A program made the translations under genes and the position numbers. The notes beneath the pieces are model-generated. The model did no database searches. It had not been told where the DNA came from and worked only from the letters and a program-made list of their open reading frames with translations. Positions 33,184-41,159 of a stretch of DNA of 41,833 nt are shown piece after piece (within the stretch, counting starts at the first letter, position 1; the number at the start of each line of letters is the position of its first letter). Source of the DNA: Vulcanimicrobiales bacterium (lineage in GTDB: Bacteria > Vulcanimicrobiota > Vulcanimicrobiia > Vulcanimicrobiales > Vulcanimicrobiaceae); assembly GCA_038215615.1 (NCBI GenBank), contig JBBQQR010000021.1:1-41833 (forward strand), given 5' to 3'.

Positions 33184-33918
33184 TTAAAGAAAGAGAAACG
33201 CGGCGTCGCCGACGCGTTCGAGCGTCGCATTTTCGATCCGGCCGGTTCCGGTAATCGGCGCCGTACGCCGGGCGAACGTGATCTGCAGCGCGTGGCGCGT
33301 CTCTTGTGACGCGTTGCGCGTGCCTGAGTGCAGCAAGTGCCCGTTGAAAGCGATTGCCGAGCCCGCGCTGCATGTGACCAACCGCTGATCAGGATGCGGC
33401 GTTTCCGTATCGGACGGCACGGCGATATCGCCCGGCAGATGCGATCCCGGAACGACGCGTGTCGCGCCGTTGTGCGGCGTGAAATCCACCAGCGCGACGA
33501 TCGCTGTCGCGACTTGGTACTCGCCGCGATAGCCTTGCCTGAAGTCGGTGTGCAGAGTTTGCGCTCCGTAGCCGGGCTGCGGAGCGCGGTAGGCAACCGA
33601 ACCGATGCGCAGATCGTACCGGATGACGTGCACCATCGCGCTAAGCAGGCGGTTCGATTTCCACACCGGATCGAAGGCCGGCTCGTTGACGAGATCGTTC
33701 AGGTGCAGTGTGCCGCCGGCGTGCCAGGTCGGGTCGAGGCGGGCTTGCGCGATCAGTTTATCGAGAGCCGTGCGCGCATTTGTGATCTGGACGGCGCTCA
33801 AAAATTCATGCAATACAACGTAGCCGTCGCGATCGAGGTTTGCGATCTCGGCTTGAGTTAGCTTATCTTCGCCGGCGCCCAGCGAGCGAAGAAGCGCTGC
33901 ACGCTCGGCGCTTTCCAT
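33184..33918 (-). CDS. Phytanoyl-CoA dioxygenase (PhyH) family Fe(II)/2OG oxygenase
   Basis: DGYVVL, LHTD (HxD), NGATRVVPGSH, LLHSG, distal R. Confidence 0.88.
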   Translation of the reverse strand: MESAERAALLRSLGAGEDKLTQAEIANLDRDGYVVLHEFLSAVQITNARTALDKLIAQARLDPTWHAGGTLHLNDLVNEPAFDPVWKSNRLLSAMVHVIRYDLRIGSVAYRAPQPGYGAQTLHTDFRQGYRGEYQVATAIVALVDFTPHNGATRVVPGSHLPGDIAVPSDTETPHPDQRLVTCSAGSAIAFNGHLLHSGTRNASQETRHALQITFARRTAPITGTGRIENATLERVGDAAFLFL

Positions 33919-33924
33919 CGCACG

Positions 33925-35364
33925 CTATTTTTTTAGTTTGGCAACGTCAGCTGTCGTGACCGCGGCCGCGTGGTTTGTTCCAAGCGCCGAACGGATGTAG
34001 GTGACGACGTTGGCGATATCCTTGTTCGAAAGCGACGGTTTCCACGCCGGCATCATTCCGTTGTAATTCGTGCCGTTCACTTGGATCGCGCCCGTTTTTC
34101 CGTTGAGCACGGTGAGAATCACCTGCTTCGGATCGCCGGTGACAAACGTGTTGCCGACCAGCGGCGGGAAGTTCGGCGGCGTTCCGGCGCCGGCGGCGCC
34201 GTGGCAGCTGCTGCAGTTTTGTGTGTAGACGGTCTGCCCGGCCTTTGCCGCCGGACTAGCGGCGGCTGTCGTGCTCGGTGGTGCGGCCGCAACCGCAGGC
34301 TTGCCGGCCGCGGGGGTCGCCGCTTGTTTCTGCATGATCGAGAGCTGGCTCCAGATGGTCAGCCACCAAATGATGGCCAACGAAATGGCGAGCAGCCAGA
34401 GAATGAACTTGCGCGATCCCAAAACGCGCGTCGTGCTGCGATCGATCCACGGCAGCAGAATCAGCAGCGTCGTTGCTGCTCCCGGAATCACGATCGCTCC
34501 GATGATCTCCAAGTTGCCCGGCACGATATTCAGCAAGCCGAAGAGGTCGAGGAAATACCACGCCGGGTACGGTGTGAATTGCACGGTTGGATCGGCTTTG
34601 GCGTCGAGGAAGGGCGGCCAGAACGTGGCCAGTGCGACGATACCAATCAGCACCAGCAGCGAAGCGACCGTGTCCATGAACATCTGGTCGGGCCAGAAAC
34701 GGCCCTTGCGCAGTGGGCGCGGATCCTCGACCGGCGGGCCGGCCGGTCCGTTCCAGCGGAAGATTGCCAAATGTGCGCCGACCAGGCCGACGAGCGCGGC
34801 CGGCATCAGCCACACGTGCAGGCCGAAGAAACGGTTGATCGTGAGCGTGCCCATCGTCGTGCCGTCTTGCACGAACTGCTGGATCCAGCCGCCGAGGAAC
34901 GGTACGTTGAGCGTGAGATTGATCGCGACTTGCGACGCAAAGTACGCGTCCATGTCCCACGGCAGCAAATAGCCGGTGAGCCCGAGTACCATCGTGACGA
35001 GCAGCAGCAGCACGCCGACGATCCACTGAATTTCGCGCGGCGATTTGTAAGCGCCCCAGATCACCACTTGCAGCAGGTGCAGAAAGACGAGCGCGATCAT
35101 CGCCGACGCGCCCCAATAATGGATGCTCAGTACCGTGTGCTGGAACGGATGGTCGTAGATGTACTTGGTGGATTCCCACGCCGTCATCGCCGACGGTGCG
35201 TAGAAGAACGTCAAGAAGATGCCGGTGACGATCTGCACGATCATCGCAAAGAGCGTCGCGCTGCCGAAAACGTACCAATAGCTCGCGCCGCCGGGAACGT
35301 CCTCGGTCAGGAAATCCTTCGCCATGCTGACGAAGCCGGTCCGGCGATCGATCCAGCTCAGCAT
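33925..35364 (-). CDS. Cytochrome b + subunit IV + C-terminal class I cytochrome c fusion (QcrBC-like)
   Basis: Heme b His pairs SIHYWG...LHL and GLHV...AHL; TGYLLPW; FWP; PAWY; after an Ala/Pro linker, CSSCH and MMP. Confidence 0.93.
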   Translation of the reverse strand: MLSWIDRRTGFVSMAKDFLTEDVPGGASYWYVFGSATLFAMIVQIVTGIFLTFFYAPSAMTAWESTKYIYDHPFQHTVLSIHYWGASAMIALVFLHLLQVVIWGAYKSPREIQWIVGVLLLLVTMVLGLTGYLLPWDMDAYFASQVAINLTLNVPFLGGWIQQFVQDGTTMGTLTINRFFGLHVWLMPAALVGLVGAHLAIFRWNGPAGPPVEDPRPLRKGRFWPDQMFMDTVASLLVLIGIVALATFWPPFLDAKADPTVQFTPYPAWYFLDLFGLLNIVPGNLEIIGAIVIPGAATTLLILLPWIDRSTTRVLGSRKFILWLLAISLAIIWWLTIWSQLSIMQKQAATPAAGKPAVAAAPPSTTAAASPAAKAGQTVYTQNCSSCHGAAGAGTPPNFPPLVGNTFVTGDPKQVILTVLNGKTGAIQVNGTNYNGMMPAWKPSLSNKDIANVVTYIRSALGTNHAAAVTTADVAKLKK

Positions 35365-36017
35365 TACGCGGTGTACGACACGACGATGCGGTTAGGAATC
35401 GTGGGCGCGTAGCGTATCCATTCGCACTGCGCGACGCCGCTTTGTTCGCGCAGTGGCAGCGGATCGAGTCCGCGCTCGGCGGGACCGGCAATGTGCGCAC
35501 CGTTATTATCGAACTGCGAGCCGTGGCACGGGCACTGGAATTTGTTGGCCGCGGCGTTGTAGTTGTAATAACAGCCCAAGTGTGGACAGATCGGGCTAAA
35601 GAGCACGAAGCCGAGCGTCACAATCGGATAGGGAAGCATGTCTTTTCCGCCTGGCGTGAAGAGGTCGCTACGGTCGCGCGTAAACTTCTGCGGGTCTTTT
35701 ACTTTAATGCCCCAGACCGATTGCGGCGAGCTCTGTTCGGGCAGGTAGGCGTCTTTACTCTTGAGGTTGATATCGATGCGAACGGCCTTGTCGGTGGCGC
35801 TCTGCAGCTGCTTCCAGCCGTTCTCGTCGAGTCCGGTCCAGGTGGCTCCGCCGGCGCCGACGTCGGGAACGAGCGAACCGACGATCGGAATGGCCAGGGT
35901 CAGGCCGATGACGCCGCTGATGGCAATGGTCGCATTGGCCATCCACTGTCGCCTCGAGATGACCTCGGGGGTCTCTACCTCTTCGTTAGCCCCGGGAACG
36001 TGGGCGTGACTGGACAA
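35364..36017 (-). CDS. Rieske iron-sulfur subunit of the Rieske/cytochrome b complex
   Basis: CPHLGC and CPCHGS; twin-arginine SRRQWM plus TM; TTG 36017 after an AAGAGGAG SD; TAATG overlap with cytochrome b. Confidence 0.93.
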   Translation of the reverse strand: MSSHAHVPGANEEVETPEVISRRQWMANATIAISGVIGLTLAIPIVGSLVPDVGAGGATWTGLDENGWKQLQSATDKAVRIDINLKSKDAYLPEQSSPQSVWGIKVKDPQKFTRDRSDLFTPGGKDMLPYPIVTLGFVLFSPICPHLGCYYNYNAAANKFQCPCHGSQFDNNGAHIAGPAERGLDPLPLREQSGVAQCEWIRYAPTIPNRIVVSYTA

Positions 36018-36038
36018 ATTCGCTCTCCTCTTGCTCCG

Positions 36039-36044
36039 ATTGTA
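36039..36044 (-). promoter_or_regulatory. Candidate -10 (TACAAT) upstream of the Rieske gene
   Basis: TACAAT lies about 21 nt upstream of the TTG start, in the ccsA-Rieske gap. No clear -35. Confidence 0.45.
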
Positions 36045-36103
36045 GGGCGGCTTTTCCGCCGCCGCCACGACCAACCTCTTAGTTCCCGGGAAGCCGCCGC
36101 TCC

Positions 36104-36958
36104 CTACACTTTGTAGCTGTGAAGTCCGCTAATCCACAGGTTGACGCCGAAGTAGCAGAACATGATGGAGAGAAAGCCGATCACGCTCACCCACGCGGTC
36201 CGCATTCCCCGCCAAGCGTTGCGCGTGTGCAAATGCATGTAGATCGCGTAGACGATCCAAGAAAACAGCGCCGCGGTCTCCTTGGGATCCCACTGCCAGT
36301 AGTGTCCCCACGATTCGTGCGCCCACATCGCACCCGTAATGATCCCGAGCGTCAGCAGCGGCAGCCCCACGGCGACGATCCGGTAAATCAGCACATCGAG
36401 CTGCGCCAAACTCGGAAGCGTATTGAGCCATTGCAAGCCGGGGCTGTCCGTCGCAGAAGCATTCCGCCGTGCCAGCGAGCGCTCGAAATAGTATTTGACA
36501 AGAAACAAAACCGATATGACGAACGAGACCATGAAAGCAGCGTATGACGACACGACGAGCGGAACGTGAATCTTCGCCCAGTACGATTGCAGCGACGGCA
36601 CGGCCGGCATCGTACCTTCGTTCCACGTGATCGCGTAAGCGAGAAACAGTGCCGCAAGACCGAGCACGAAACCGCCCGCAAACCAGAGATCGTAGCGGAA
36701 CGCGAAGATGATGAAAATCAGCACGGCGACCGCGGCGAACAGCGAAAGCGACCCGTATAAGTTTAGCAGCGGCCAGATGCCGGTGATCTCGTAGCGCGCG
36801 AACAATTGTCCGAATTGCGCCACGCAGCCGGCGATGGCGAGCGGAATCGCCAGGTGTCGCAGCCATTCCGAGCGGGAGAAAAAATAGACGAGCAGCGCCA
36901 GCGCGCCGACGACGTAGGCGCCGATCGCGATGATCATGAGCACTTCGTCTAAGGGCAT
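36104..36958 (-). CDS. ccsA: System II cytochrome c synthase CcsA/ResC
   Basis: PSLQSYWAKIHV; WWD motif GAMWAHESWGHYWQWDPKET; YMHLH; terminal GLHSY; ATG 36958. Confidence 0.95.
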   Translation of the reverse strand: MPLDEVLMIIAIGAYVVGALALLVYFFSRSEWLRHLAIPLAIAGCVAQFGQLFARYEITGIWPLLNLYGSLSLFAAVAVLIFIIFAFRYDLWFAGGFVLGLAALFLAYAITWNEGTMPAVPSLQSYWAKIHVPLVVSSYAAFMVSFVISVLFLVKYYFERSLARRNASATDSPGLQWLNTLPSLAQLDVLIYRIVAVGLPLLTLGIITGAMWAHESWGHYWQWDPKETAALFSWIVYAIYMHLHTRNAWRGMRTAWVSVIGFLSIMFCYFGVNLWISGLHSYKV

Positions 36959-36965
36959 CCGTCCG

Positions 36966-38321
36966 TTAGCCACGCGAATCTCCAATCAGTTTCGTGCCGA
37001 GCGCCGCCGCCAAGTCGTTGAATTGCCGTTCGAAAATGTCGTACCCTTTGACCGTTGTGGCCGCCAGCCCGATTCGCGATCCGCCCGGAGCCGGATCGAT
37101 CCGCACGAACATTCGCGCGGGCAGGAGATAGAACGAAATCATCAGACCTGCGAGCAAAACGAAGGCGCCGATGCCGACAAGCGCCACGCCCGGGTCGTGC
37201 GTGTACTGAATGCCGCTGACGAGCAGATAGCGTACCGGGGTGACGCGCCAGCCGCCGCCGACGTCGATCGAGGACTTCATCGGCACGAGTCCCGCGCCCG
37301 ATGCCTGGCCGCTATCGAAGATTTGCAAAAAAACGGCCGGATTGTTGACGCGCGGATCCGCCGAAGGCTGACCGTTCAAAGGATCGACCGTGGGTACGAA
37401 TTGCGCGACCGCGACCGTGCGCTGCGTTCCGGGCAGATCGATTGCGTCGCCGGTGAGGTAGTCGCGATTCATCAGCGCGGGAACGCGCACGCCATCGTGC
37501 GTTACGCGAAAGCGCATCGCGAATCCGTAACTGGACTGGTAGTAGAGCACGCCGTCAACATCCAGCGGGTGATTCACGCGAATGGTTGCCGTGCGCGCGA
37601 CACCGTCGCTCCCGGTAGCCGTCACGCGCGAGACATAATCGATGGGCTGGTAGACCATGCCGCTTTTGGTGATGATGGGTTTGATTTTGTAGGAGAAGCC
37701 GTCGAGCTTGATCGACGTCTGCGTGTGTGGCACCGAGACCGTTTGTCCCGTGACGATAGCTTCGTCGCCGGAGAAGCCTTTGGCCCAATAGATCGTCGTG
37801 CCGGCGGCGATGATCACGAAGCCGGTATGCGCGACCAGCACGCCGCGCCGCGCCCAGTTGTGTTTGTCGGCGAACGTCCATTCGACGCCGCCAAGTTCAC
37901 GCTTGCGCACGTGCCAGCCGCGCGCGCGGAAAAATGTGGCGATGCGTGTGCGGATGGTTTCGGGATCGCCGGCTGCGTCGAACGAGGCGTGCAGCGGAAT
38001 CTTGTCGATCGCGACGGCGCGCAGCGGCGGCAGGCGCGCGGGAATGACGCGCTTGAACGTGCAGACCCCCAGCGAAAGCAAAATCAATCCGATGATGCCG
38101 ACGTAATACGGCGTGTGATAAATGTTGTTGAAATCGAGCCGCAGGATCAGACGCGCGAGCGGCGCCGCGTAGGAGTCGAAATAGGTGGCGGGATCCTTGC
38201 CTTGCGCGACGATCACGCCGATCAGCGTCAGCAGGCCCCAGACGATGAAGAGCAGCACCGCGAACAGCACGTTTCCAAACGTGCGGATGAAATCGTCGTA
38301 GAGCTCCCGGACGGCCTGCAT
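36966..38321 (-). CDS. resB: System II cytochrome c biogenesis protein ResB/Ccs1
   Basis: ATG 38321; IGVIVAQ, NIYHTPYY, LGVCTFKR, LVAHTG, VNHPL..DG..YYQSSY, HDPG. Confidence 0.9.
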   Translation of the reverse strand: MQAVRELYDDFIRTFGNVLFAVLLFIVWGLLTLIGVIVAQGKDPATYFDSYAAPLARLILRLDFNNIYHTPYYVGIIGLILLSLGVCTFKRVIPARLPPLRAVAIDKIPLHASFDAAGDPETIRTRIATFFRARGWHVRKRELGGVEWTFADKHNWARRGVLVAHTGFVIIAAGTTIYWAKGFSGDEAIVTGQTVSVPHTQTSIKLDGFSYKIKPIITKSGMVYQPIDYVSRVTATGSDGVARTATIRVNHPLDVDGVLYYQSSYGFAMRFRVTHDGVRVPALMNRDYLTGDAIDLPGTQRTVAVAQFVPTVDPLNGQPSADPRVNNPAVFLQIFDSGQASGAGLVPMKSSIDVGGGWRVTPVRYLLVSGIQYTHDPGVALVGIGAFVLLAGLMISFYLLPARMFVRIDPAPGGSRIGLAATTVKGYDIFERQFNDLAAALGTKLIGDSRG

Positions 38322-38326
38322 GATCT

Positions 38327-39073
38327 TTAGTGTACTCGCGCGGCCTCCGCGCGCCACGACTTCTCGAGCAGGACGATGATCCACAGGCTGGCTTCGTAGA
38401 GAATGTACATCGGCAGCGCCATCATCGCCATCGTGAGTGGATTTCCGTCCGGAGCGGCGATCGCACCGAAGACGAAAAAGCCGAAGAGGAAATAGCGCCT
38501 GTTTCTCTTGAGGAAAGCCGAGTTGATGATGCCGATGCGGGCGAGCGCGATCATGATGATCGGTGTTTGAAAGATGAGCGCAAACGCCAAGAGGATCAGT
38601 AGGATGAAATTGATCGTCGATTCGATCCCGAACGTCGGTGTCGCGATATGATTGGTCACTAAGATGAGTGCTCCCACGACGCGCGGGAGCACGATGAAGT
38701 GCGCGAAAGCAATTCCTGCTAACGCCAGCAAAAACGACGGAGCGACGTAAACGTACACTAAGTTGCGGGTTCGCGGATGGAATGCCGGGACGACGAACAT
38801 CCACAACTGATACAAGAGCACTGGCAACCCCAGCACAATGGCCGCGTAGATGGAGAATTTGAATTCGGCCAGTATGGCATCGGCGGGTCCAAACGCGTGC
38901 AGTTGGACGTTGTGAAAGTACGCGTTCTTGAGGAAGTCGATGGCGTAGGGCGAGGGGATGAACATCACAACGCCCAGCCCAAAAACCGTGACGAGCGAAA
39001 TCAAGAGACGTTTACGGAGCTCCCGAAGGTGCTCCGTAAAGCTCATCTCTTTTTGGTCCCAGGCGTCGGACAC
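38327..39073 (-). CDS. tatC: Twin-arginine translocase subunit TatC
   Basis: MSFTEHLRELRKRL, YQLWMFVVPA, FQTP, APD, LYE. Confidence 0.95.
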   Translation of the reverse strand: MSDAWDQKEMSFTEHLRELRKRLLISLVTVFGLGVVMFIPSPYAIDFLKNAYFHNVQLHAFGPADAILAEFKFSIYAAIVLGLPVLLYQLWMFVVPAFHPRTRNLVYVYVAPSFLLALAGIAFAHFIVLPRVVGALILVTNHIATPTFGIESTINFILLILLAFALIFQTPIIMIALARIGIINSAFLKRNRRYFLFGFFVFGAIAAPDGNPLTMAMMALPMYILYEASLWIIVLLEKSWRAEAARVH

Positions 39074-39075
39074 GC

Positions 39076-39378
39076 TCAGCTGCTCAATGTCCCTTTGTCC
39101 GGCGTGGGCGGCGGAACGTTGGCGCCCGTGCCGTCGGCGTTGTTTTGCGAAACGTTATCCATGACGTCGGCGCGCGCCGTTTCGGCCCGCACGCGCGCGT
39201 CTTCGCGCGCCTTGGCGGCCGCCGCATCGGCCTCGGCTTGTCCGACCATGAACTCTTTCTTGGCCGCGCCGGCGCTCCGCGCTAACTTCGGCAGCTTCTC
39301 CGCTCCGAAGAGCAAGAGCCCTAGGCCGATCAAGATCATGACGATTTCCGGGCTACCCAGGGCGAGCGTGACGTGCAT
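39076..39378 (-). CDS. tatA: Twin-arginine translocase subunit TatA
   Basis: GSPEI...LLLFGAEKLPKLARSAG...EF; AAGGAG SD. Confidence 0.92.
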   Translation of the reverse strand: MHVTLALGSPEIVMILIGLGLLLFGAEKLPKLARSAGAAKKEFMVGQAEADAAAAKAREDARVRAETARADVMDNVSQNNADGTGANVPPPTPDKGTLSS

Positions 39379-39389
39379 ACTTCTCTCCT

Positions 39390-40346
39390 TTAAGAGGTTT
39401 CTTCGAGCAATTCGCCGGCAAGCCGCTGCAGTTCGGCTTTCGCCGCGTTATTTTCGAGGCCGTCGATTGCATCTTCCGCGCGCCGGGAGTACTGCGCGAT
39501 CTTCTCGCGCGTCTCTTCGATCGCATTCGATCGCCGTATGCTCGCGATGACCGCGGCGATGTCCGGCTCTCTTCCCGCAAACAAACGCTCGACCATGCCC
39601 CGAAATTCTTGGCTTCCGCTGCGCAAGGCCAGAATTAACGGAATCGTCATCTTGCACTCGGCGAGATCGTTTCCGACCGGCTTTCCGAGTGCTGCGGCGT
39701 CGGCGGTCACGTCGAGCAAATCATCGCGCATCTGAAATGCGATGCCGTAGGCCAGGCCAAAAACGCGCAGGGCTTCAACTGCCTGCTGCGGGGCACCGCC
39801 CGCAATTGCTCCGCACTGCGCGGACGCGGCGAAGAGCGACGCGGTTTTTCGCTCCACCGTATCTATGTACGACTGTAGCGAAACGTTCAGATCGCCAAGC
39901 GACCGAAGCTGTAGTACTTCGCCGTCACAGATCTCCGCCAGAGTCGCCGAGAGAATGTTCGGAATCGGCGGCGCGTAGTAGTGCGTGACGTTTTTAAAAA
40001 TCCAGGCGAAAAGATAATCTCCCGCCAGCACGCTGATCCGGTTTCCATAATCGATCGCCGTGGCGTTTACGCCGCGTCGCGTCTGCGCGTTGTCGACGAC
40101 GTCGTCGTGAATGAGCGTTGCGACGTGAATCAATTCCATATACGCCGCCAACTGGATGTGTCGCTCGGAGTCCGGATCGTGCGTTTGCGCGGCAAGCAGC
40201 GTGATGCGCGGGCGCAAACGCTTTCCGCCGGCTGCCAGCATGCGCTTCACGGCCTCGGTGATCAGCGGGTTGTCGGTAGAGAAACGCTCGCGGAAAAACG
40301 CTTCGATCTCGTCGTGGCGTAACTGGGCGCGCTCGCTTTGAATCAC
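39390..40346 (-). CDS. Long-chain polyprenyl diphosphate synthase
   Basis: GGKRLRP, ELIHVATLIHDDVVD...RRG, GDYL, KTASLF, FQMRDDLLD, GKPVGNDL. Confidence 0.93.
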   Translation of the reverse strand: MIQSERAQLRHDEIEAFFRERFSTDNPLITEAVKRMLAAGGKRLRPRITLLAAQTHDPDSERHIQLAAYMELIHVATLIHDDVVDNAQTRRGVNATAIDYGNRISVLAGDYLFAWIFKNVTHYYAPPIPNILSATLAEICDGEVLQLRSLGDLNVSLQSYIDTVERKTASLFAASAQCGAIAGGAPQQAVEALRVFGLAYGIAFQMRDDLLDVTADAAALGKPVGNDLAECKMTIPLILALRSGSQEFRGMVERLFAGREPDIAAVIASIRRSNAIEETREKIAQYSRRAEDAIDGLENNAAKAELQRLAGELLEETS

Positions 40347-41074
40347 GGCGCGTCACCGTAGTGAATCGCAACGGCCCCGCCCATGAGGCGCACGAATGCC
40401 GCGTTCGCAAAACCTGCGCTCGTAAAGCGGTCGCGTAAGGCTTCCGCGTCCGGGTGATGCGTTAGCGAGTTGGGGAGATAGGTGTAGGCCGCGCGCGATC
40501 CGCTGACGATGCCGCCGATCAGCGGAACGATGCCGTAGAAGTAGAGATCGAAACACGCCTTCCAGACCGCGTTGGGCGCCTTGCTCATATCGAGGTTCAC
40601 GAAGCGCGCGCCCGGTTTCAGCACCCGCCGGATCTCGCGTAAAGTCGCATCGATGCCCGCGACGTTGCGCATCGCGAAGCCCATAGTCGCACCATCAAAC
40701 GAGTTATCGGCAAACGGGAGCGCCATCACGTCGCCTTCGAGGAACTTGGTGCCGGCGCCGCCTTCCCGGGCCGAGCGCTCACGGGCCTGCGCCAGCATCG
40801 GTTCGCAAAAATCGACGCCGGTGAGCCGCAGCGTCGGATCGGTGCGCAGCAGATGAAAGACGATGTCGCCGGTTCCGCAGCATACATCCACGATCTGTCC
40901 TCCGCGGGGAGCGCGCAGCAGCGCGATCGCGCGCTTGCGCCAGCCCTCGTCCAGCCCGGCGCTGATGATGCGATTGGTGCGATCGTATCGCGGCGCGATC
41001 GTCGCGAACATCTCGCGGACGTAGGCGCTCTTGTCGTTCTTCGGCGGCGGCGCCGCCGCCGGGCTTGCAATCAT
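40343..41074 (-). CDS. menG: Demethylmenaquinone methyltransferase (UbiE/MenG)
   Basis: Probable ATG 41074; VREMFATIAPRYDRTN, DVCCGTGD, LPFADNSFD, GFAMRNV, RVLKPG, AYTYLPNS. Confidence 0.9.
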   Translation of the reverse strand: MIASPAAAPPPKNDKSAYVREMFATIAPRYDRTNRIISAGLDEGWRKRAIALLRAPRGGQIVDVCCGTGDIVFHLLRTDPTLRLTGVDFCEPMLAQARERSAREGGAGTKFLEGDVMALPFADNSFDGATMGFAMRNVAGIDATLREIRRVLKPGARFVNLDMSKAPNAVWKACFDLYFYGIVPLIGGIVSGSRAAYTYLPNSLTHHPDAEALRDRFTSAGFANAAFVRLMGGAVAIHYGDAP

Positions 41075-41149
41075 GGGGATGAGTACGCTTCCAAGCGGCG
41101 GTCGGCGTTCCTGTGGCCGCACCCCTGGGCGGACGGCGCCGCCGTCGTG

Positions 41150-41155
41150 ATTGTA
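41150..41155 (-). promoter_or_regulatory. Candidate -10 (TACAAT) of the menG-tat-ccs-qcr operon
   Basis: TACAAT on the minus strand about 75 nt upstream of the menG ATG. Confidence 0.45.
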
Positions 41156-41159
41156 TCGA

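Noticed and set aside
33970..35412. 480-aa plus-strand ORF and 414-aa alternate-frame ORF over cytochrome b
   Set aside because: Shadow ORFs of a GC-rich gene; Arg-rich, with no motifs or SD.
36930..38330. 466-aa plus-strand ORF antisense to resB
   Set aside because: Codon-register mirror of a real gene with no recognisable domain.
38322..38804. N-terminal extension of resB in the ORF track
   Set aside because: Overlaps tatC in another frame; ResB-like sequence starts at ATG 38321.
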